DNA of 57,131 nt from Fibrobacterales bacterium. GTDB lineage: Bacteria; Fibrobacterota; Fibrobacteria; Fibrobacterales; JAOPTW01. Below, one piece after another: positions 51,181 through 57,131 of the stretch. The notes under the pieces are model-generated. The model worked only from the letters and a program-made list of their open reading frames with translations. It was not told the origin of the DNA and did not search any database. Position 1 is the stretch's first letter; each line of letters opens with the position of its first letter. Location: NCBI GenBank assembly GCA_051532055.1, contig JAOPTX010000013.1, positions 1 to 57,131 on the forward strand, written 5' to 3'. A program made the translations under genes and the position numbers.

Positions 51181-54100
51181 TTAACCTTCTAACTTCTCTA
51201 GTAGCGAAACGACTATGTCGTATTCATAATCATCCATAGCTGCCTGAATTGCAATCACATCATCTTCTGACAATTGTTCACCGAGCCATGGCTTCAGTGC
51301 ATCAAACGTTGCCACACTATCAGTACTATACTCCTCTAGTTCATTTTTTAAGCGAGCTAATAATATTTCCGGATCTTCCTCAGATATCACATTAACCTTT
51401 GCCCCCCCTATTGAATCAAGATTATCTGTAACACTCTCAATTACGACATTGAGCTCCTTTTCAACCGAATCCAGATAACTCCGTATACCATCACTATCAG
51501 TAGAACTGCCTTTTAAAGCATCATCTAATATTCGTACTTTATTAAATAGCTGTTCTGCCCCAACATTACCTGCTACACCTTTAAGGGCATGTGCAAGTTT
51601 TTCTGCGGCATCAATATCCCCTGAATCGATAGTTCGTGTAATGTCATTCACGAAATTTCGATTGTTATCAATGAACTTTTTCAGTAGAGAGTAGTATAAC
51701 TCTCTATTTCCTGCTACTCGAATTATGCCCTCAACAGTATTCACTCCCTCTATTTCAATAGCAGGTAAATCTTCAACAGATTTTTCTATGGTTATTTGTT
51801 CCGCCCCCTGTAAGCGCTTATCTTCAGATATATCATTTGGGTTTACAAATGTTAAGAGGTTATCGAAGAGAACAGATATATCAATTGGTTTTGTTATATA
51901 CCCATTCATACCTACCGCATATACCTCATCCTCAACACCACTCATTGCATCTGCAGTCATGGCTAAAATAGAAAAGGTCTCCCCGTACAATTTTCGGATA
52001 TGGCTGGTTGTTTCAAACCCATCCATTCCCGGCATTTGTAGGTCCATTAATATCAATTGAAACCCTTGCTCTACTTCCAATATATCCAAAGCTTTTTGGC
52101 CAGAATCAGCGATAGTAATTAAAAGCCCCTCTGCCTCCAAAAGTTCTTGAGCAACCTGCTGATTGATTTCATTATCTTCTACAAGGAGTATTGAAGCCCC
52201 GCGTATCTTTTCAATATCCGGATTTAAATGATTCAATCGTTTTTGTTGTGGCCTCAGGTCCGCCAAATTAAATATTTGTAATACAGTATCATACATAAGT
52301 GATTGACCAACGGGTTTTAATAAAAAGCTATCAAGCTTAAGTTGTTCACTTTGTGCCTTAATCTCTTCTCTTCCGTAACTCGTCACTAATACAATTTTTG
52401 GTTGAATAATTAACTGCATTTCCTTAACTTTCTGTGCCACTTCAATGCCATTCATACCCGGCATTTTCCAATCGAGAAACAGTACTTTATAGGCTGTTTC
52501 ATCCGTTGTATTCATTTGTGACACCATTTCTAAAGCTTTTGCACCATCACTGGCCGTTGCAACATTCATCTCAAAATCTAACAAGTATGTTTCCATTACT
52601 TCAAGAGCCGATTCATTGTCATCTACAACCAATACCTTCATACCTTGAATTCCTTCTGGTATGATATACTTTTTATTAAGAGGTGTTTCACTAAACCCTA
52701 GAGTAACGGTAAAAAAGAAGGAGGAACCTTTTCCCACTTCGCTGGTCACCCCAATAGTGCCTCCCATCATTTCACAAAGCCGCTTAGAGATACTGAGTCC
52801 AAGACCTGTTCCGCCAAATTCTCGGGTGGTGGAGGTATCGGCCTGTGAAAAGGCCTGAAAAAGCTTGCTCACTTGCTCTTGATTCATGCCCATACCGGTA
52901 TCTGTTACCATTGATTTAACTACAATAGTGCTATCAGTCTTTTCTTCTAATATGACCTCTATTTTAATTTCACCTGTTTCGGTAAACTTGATTGCATTAT
53001 TAGCCAAATTCAGCATTATTTGTCCTAAGCGAAGCGGGTCTCCAACAAGTGTTGGTGGAATCTCCGGGTCAATAGACACAATGAGCTCCAATCCTTTTTC
53101 GTTTGCCTTAAGACTGATCATATTGGTCAGATTATCTGCGACAGCATCAAGTTCAAAGGGCACCTCTTCTATATCAAGCTTTCCTGCTTCGATTTTTGAA
53201 AAGTCGAGTATGTCATTAATGATTCCGAGTAGGGATTGTGCAGAATCACCAATTTTAAAGACATAATCTTCCTGTTTGCCTGTTAAGGTTGTTCGTGAGA
53301 GCAGATGATTCAGGCCAATTACCGCATTCATTGGCGTACGTATCTCGTGACTCATATTAGCAAGAAAATCTGATTTAGCTTGTGTTGCTTGCTCAGCTTT
53401 GTCTTTTTGAAGAAGTAACTCTTGTTCCATCTCTTTTCTGTCGGTTACATCAACAAAACTAGTAATCAAACACTCGGTATTATTGTAGTCAATAAAGGCT
53501 CCCTGAAAAAAGCACCACCTGACATCGCCTTTACCCCCCACTCTTTTCAACTGCACTTCCACAGATTCCTGATTTTTACAGGCATCTAAAACCTTTGTAC
53601 GGTCATCTTCAAAGTTCGCATAGAAATCTTTTACTAAATATTTCTTCACCTCATCTGCACTCAATTGAAAAAAGTCAAGTGAAGCCTGGTTTGTTTTCAC
53701 CACTTCTCCATTATCCACTCTAGTTATGGAAAGTGGATTTGGAGTCAATTCAAAAATTGACTCAAGTAATTCTTCATGGTCTTTCTGTTCAGTAATATCT
53801 TGATATACTCCCCACATATCTGTAGCTTCACCATTCTCATCTCGAACGACATGACCTATAGCGCGCAGCCATATCAAACGACCATCAATAGGTCGTTTGA
53901 CTGCATATATTGCATCATATCGCGGTATCTTCCCTTCTATAGCATCACCATATATTTGTGCAGTGAGATCAGCAGCTTCAATATTACCTGCTTTCACATG
54001 AGCCATCCATTCACTATCAAGATCATACCTGCCGCCTTCACGAGGGATATCTCCAAATATGTCAGACCCCCTTTCTGAGTTAATATAAAATCCAGGGTCG

Positions 54101-57100
54101 TCCTTAAGAGGTACATGCCAATATCCTGCTTTGGCAAGGTCCAGTGCCATAGATGCTTGAAAGTTTGATTTTTCTAGTTCGAGTTGTATCATTTTAAGGG
54201 TAGTAATGTCTTGTGTAACCCCCCACATATCTGTGGCCGCACCTTGTTCATCCCTTACCACGGTTCCCAAAGCATGAATCCAAACTACCTTACCATCTAT
54301 TGGTCTTTTATAGGCATATATAGAGTTATACTGATTTACTGTTCCATCAATTGCATCTTGAAAGTTTTTACCTGTTGCTGCTGCCGCGTCTGCATCACCA
54401 GCTTCGACATTAGTAAACCAATCCTCCTGAAGCCGATAGCGATATTCTTTATTAGGAACATCACCAAAAATTGCAACAGCACGGTCCGAGGAATTATACC
54501 ATCCCGAATCATCCAAAGGGATATGCCAATATCCCGCTTTTGTGAGGTCAAGAGCCATTGAAGACTGAAAGTTCATTCGTTTAAGCTTTTCCTCCATGCT
54601 CTTTCTATCAGAAATATCAAGAATAGTTCCATCCAAAAAAGTGACATGACCATCTATGTCCCATTCAGCATTTCCTTTTTCATACACCCATAACGTTTCA
54701 CTACTACTATTAATAATTCGATATTCTAAATCCCAGGGCTCTTTATGTTCGATAGCTTCCTCTATCGTTTCTTCCACAGAATCAATATCATCTGGATGAA
54801 TAATACTCGTATATGAGCGGACACTATTATCCAAAAAATCAGACTGTTTATACCCCGTTAACCGCTCCACCTCTTCACTAATATATTTCATTGTCCAGTT
54901 TTCATCTTTTAAACACCTGAATACTGTTCCCGGTATAGTTGTCACCAACGCGTTCAACTGAGCTTCACTTTTTTTAATTTCCTCTTCAGCAGCTTTTCGC
55001 TCAAATATTCGTTCTATTTGGTCACCAACACCACTCATTACAGCCAAAAGCTGCTCATCGGGCTCAATTGCTTCTGTAGTAAAAAATTCACTTACTGCCA
55101 CTAGAGAGCCATTCAAAAATATGGGAAAACCGAATGCCCCTTTTACCCCTAAATCTTGAACGAATCGATTACGAGGAAAGTTTGTGTCCTCGTGGACATT
55201 AGCAACCCAAAGTGGTTTTTTTTCACCCCATATACGCCCAGGTAATCCTTGGCCTTTTTTAAAGGCTGTTGTTTCTGTAACCTTCCTAAATTCATCAAAT
55301 GCATCACTATCTTTAAGATACCATATTTGACTGGACACTATTAGTTCATCATCTTTATGCGATGGCAAATACACATGAGCGACAGGCCAATGAGTAAATT
55401 CACAAATTGCAGATAGGCACTTCTCAAGGGAGGATTCAATCGAATCCGAAGTAGCAGTAATAACTGTAACTTGTTGCAGTAATTCCGCTTCAAGTTTTTG
55501 TCGTTTTATTTGTTCTTCAACCCTTTTCTTGGTCGTTATATCAAGTATTATACCTGCTGCATGTACAGTGCCTCCCTGCTCATCTTCATTGACGGTCCCC
55601 ATGTCTTCGAGCCAGCGAATATCACCTGAATCCAGCAGTATCCGATATACTTGATGGTATTGTGCCCTGTTTCTGATGGCGTTTTCTGATGATTCTATTA
55701 CCCCCTGCTGATCCAGGGGATGAATTTTATTAATCCAAGACTTCGAAGTTACCTCTTCGTCAGGGCTAAACCCGAAAAAATCCCTAACTTTTGCGTCAAC
55801 ACGATACAGATCTTTTTGCACATCATAGTCCCACACACCAGCATTAGACGAACGTAATGCAAATCTGAGCCGGTGTTGTGCCTGTTCAAGCTCCTCCCTC
55901 GCCATTCTTTGTTCAGTAATATCTTCTTTTATGCCAACAAATTTCGTTATGGTACCAAACTCATCTTTCAATGGGGATATCGATGCAGACTCCCAAAAGA
56001 GTTCTCCCTTTTTATTTTTATTACAAAATTCTCCATGCCACTCTTTTCCAGAAAGAATAGTATCCCACAAGTTTTTATAAAATGACTTTGGTAAAACACC
56101 AGCATTGAGAACTTTGGGGTTTTTTCCAATGACCTCATCACGGTCATATCCAGTAATCTCGCAGAATTTGGGATTAACATATTCTATCCTACCATATACA
56201 TCTGTGATCACTAAAGATACTGGACTCTGATCCACTGCCACAGAGAGTTGCTTTATTTCTTCTTGGGCAAGAGTACTTTCGGTAACATCGAGAAGAGATG
56301 CCAGAACATATTTTATCGAACCGTCGCCATTACGCAAGCACGACACAGTGAGATTGGTGTATATTATCGATTGGTCTTTTCTAATAAACCGCTTGTCTAA
56401 TATGTAGTCATCAATAGTACCCGCTAAGACCTGGTTAAATTTTTCTTGATCCTTTGCCAAGTCATCAGGGTGAGTCAAATCTGCCCAACTCTTTGCCTGA
56501 AGTTCTGAAAGTGTATACCCCAGCATCTCCTCTAGCTGAGGATTCACCTCAATCCACCCTTTATCAGGAGAGGTAATAGTCATGCCAACCTGACTTCTAT
56601 CAAAATAATTTCTGAAACGTGCTTCTGATTCTTTCTCTTTAGTAATATCTCTGAAGGTCACCACTGCACCAATGAGGTCTTCACCTGCATACATTGGTGT
56701 ACTTGAATATGATACGGTTAGGGGCTTTTTTTCTTTGGTCCAGAGCAGATCATCCTTGATGTAGTTCTTTTCTCCATAGGTATACGTCAATCGCATAGCA
56801 CACTCTTCAACAGGAAAAGGTGAGCCATCAGCTCGAGTATGATGTATTATGGAATGAATTTTTGTTCCAATCAATTCATCAGCAGTATATTTGAGCATAG
56901 TGCATGCAGCTTGATTGATAAAGGTAACCCGCCCTTCAGTGTCAACACCAAAGATTCCCTCTCCTGCTGAATCAAGAAGAAGCTTCGCATGGTTTTCACT
57001 CTCCTGCAGTTCTTTCGTCTTAGCCTGCACCATTTGACTCAGATTTGCCCGAATCTTCTCACTAAACCAGATGATCAGCACACATAAAAAGAGCGCCAGA

Positions 57101-57131
57101 AAGGTGACGCCAAACAAAAGTAACCGCATTT
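51181..57131 (-). CDS. Giant hybrid histidine kinase (TM - multi-PAS - GAF - PAS - HisKA - HATPase - REC - REC - Hpt), probably 5'-truncated by the window edge
   Basis: About 8 PAS/PAC units and a GAF (GQGLPGRIW...AFGFPI); [14 protein letters not shown]; two REC domains; [13 protein letters not shown]. The ORF starts at a TM segment 2 nt from the edge. Confidence 0.93.
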   Translation of the reverse strand, partial: MRLLLFGVTFLALFLCVLIIWFSEKIRANLSQMVQAKTKELQESENHAKLLLDSAGEGIFGVDTEGRVTFINQAACTMLKYTADELIGTKIHSIIHHTRADGSPFPVEECAMRLTYTYGEKNYIKDDLLWTKEKKPLTVSYSSTPMYAGEDLIGAVVTFRDITKEKESEARFRNYFDRSQVGMTITSPDKGWIEVNPQLEEMLGYTLSELQAKSWADLTHPDDLAKDQEKFNQVLAGTIDDYILDKRFIRKDQSIIYTNLTVSCLRNGDGSIKYVLASLLDVTESTLAQEEIKQLSVAVDQSPVSLVITDVYGRIEYVNPKFCEITGYDRDEVIGKNPKVLNAGVLPKSFYKNLWDTILSGKEWHGEFCNKNKKGELFWESASISPLKDEFGTITKFVGIKEDITEQRMAREELEQAQHRLRFALRSSNAGVWDYDVQKDLYRVDAKVRDFFGFSPDEEVTSKSWINKIHPLDQQGVIESSENAIRNRAQYHQVYRILLDSGDIRWLEDMGTVNEDEQGGTVHAAGIILDITTKKRVEEQIKRQKLEAELLQQVTVITATSDSIESSLEKCLSAICEFTHWPVAHVYLPSHKDDELIVSSQIWYLKDSDAFDEFRKVTETTAFKKGQGLPGRIWGEKKPLWVANVHEDTNFPRNRFVQDLGVKGAFGFPIFLNGSLVAVSEFFTTEAIEPDEQLLAVMSGVGDQIERIFERKAAEEEIKKSEAQLNALVTTIPGTVFRCLKDENWTMKYISEEVERLTGYKQSDFLDNSVRSYTSIIHPDDIDSVEETIEEAIEHKEPWDLEYRIINSSSETLWVYEKGNAEWDIDGHVTFLDGTILDISDRKSMEEKLKRMNFQSSMALDLTKAGYWHIPLDDSGWYNSSDRAVAIFGDVPNKEYRYRLQEDWFTNVEAGDADAAAATGKNFQDAIDGTVNQYNSIYAYKRPIDGKVVWIHALGTVVRDEQGAATDMWGVTQDITTLKMIQLELEKSNFQASMALDLAKAGYWHVPLKDDPGFYINSERGSDIFGDIPREGGRYDLDSEWMAHVKAGNIEAADLTAQIYGDAIEGKIPRYDAIYAVKRPIDGRLIWLRAIGHVVRDENGEATDMWGVYQDITEQKDHEELLESIFELTPNPLSITRVDNGEVVKTNQASLDFFQLSADEVKKYLVKDFYANFEDDRTKVLDACKNQESVEVQLKRVGGKGDVRWCFFQGAFIDYNNTECLITSFVDVTDRKEMEQELLLQKDKAEQATQAKSDFLANMSHEIRTPMNAVIGLNHLLSRTTLTGKQEDYVFKIGDSAQSLLGIINDILDFSKIEAGKLDIEEVPFELDAVADNLTNMISLKANEKGLELIVSIDPEIPPTLVGDPLRLGQIMLNLANNAIKFTETGEIKIEVILEEKTDSTIVVKSMVTDTGMGMNQEQVSKLFQAFSQADTSTTREFGGTGLGLSISKRLCEMMGGTIGVTSEVGKGSSFFFTVTLGFSETPLNKKYIIPEGIQGMKVLVVDDNESALEVMETYLLDFEMNVATASDGAKALEMVSQMNTTDETAYKVLFLDWKMPGMNGIEVAQKVKEMQLIIQPKIVLVTSYGREEIKAQSEQLKLDSFLLKPVGQSLMYDTVLQIFNLADLRPQQKRLNHLNPDIEKIRGASILLVEDNEINQQVAQELLEAEGLLITIADSGQKALDILEVEQGFQLILMDLQMPGMDGFETTSHIRKLYGETFSILAMTADAMSGVEDEVYAVGMNGYITKPIDISVLFDNLLTFVNPNDISEDKRLQGAEQITIEKSVEDLPAIEIEGVNTVEGIIRVAGNRELYYSLLKKFIDNNRNFVNDITRTIDSGDIDAAEKLAHALKGVAGNVGAEQLFNKVRILDDALKGSSTDSDGIRSYLDSVEKELNVVIESVTDNLDSIGGAKVNVISEEDPEILLARLKNELEEYSTDSVATFDALKPWLGEQLSEDDVIAIQAAMDDYEYDIVVSLLEKLEG

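Noticed and set aside
585..56180. Numerous short ORFs antisense to or overlapping long genes (e.g. 11919-12425, 39099-39557, 42792-43220, 52886-53266)
   Set aside because: These are shadow frames of well-supported genes, with no motifs or RBS support.

Overview
A low-GC bacterial chromosomal window. The likely lineage is Fibrobacterota or a related group, inferred from a FISUMP-domain lipoprotein and many lipoproteins with Ser-rich linkers. No rRNA, tRNA, CRISPR array or intact transposase was seen. Contents in order: the end of a chemotaxis operon (cheD, cheB); scattered housekeeping or transport genes (YaiI/YqxD, DMT, Na+/solute symporter, a SAM methyltransferase, a GTDC1-like glycosyltransferase, a TetR/DUF4345 pair); and about ten orphan surface lipoproteins (transglutaminase-like, FISUMP, Ig-repeat, Cys-rich Kazal/Kunitz-like, cadherin-like). 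There is also a secreted gingipain-like (C25) peptidase carrying an apparently circularly permuted PA14 insert and two ricin lectins. Two signalling loci stand out. The first combines TonB, a periplasmic binding protein, a TonB-dependent receptor and a YfiR-coiled-coil hybrid kinase. The second is a roughly 16 kb array of three paralogous REC-REC-Hpt hybrid kinases with different sensors, a permease-less family-5 solute-binding protein and a REC-adenylate cyclase. Several intergenic gaps are collapsed gene remnants made by internal deletions (REC-cyclase, DUF1566 protein, ECF sigma factor). A 104-bp ERIC/Correia-like palindrome ends exactly at the glycosyltransferase start codon. All family assignments come from motif recognition by eye, not from database searches.
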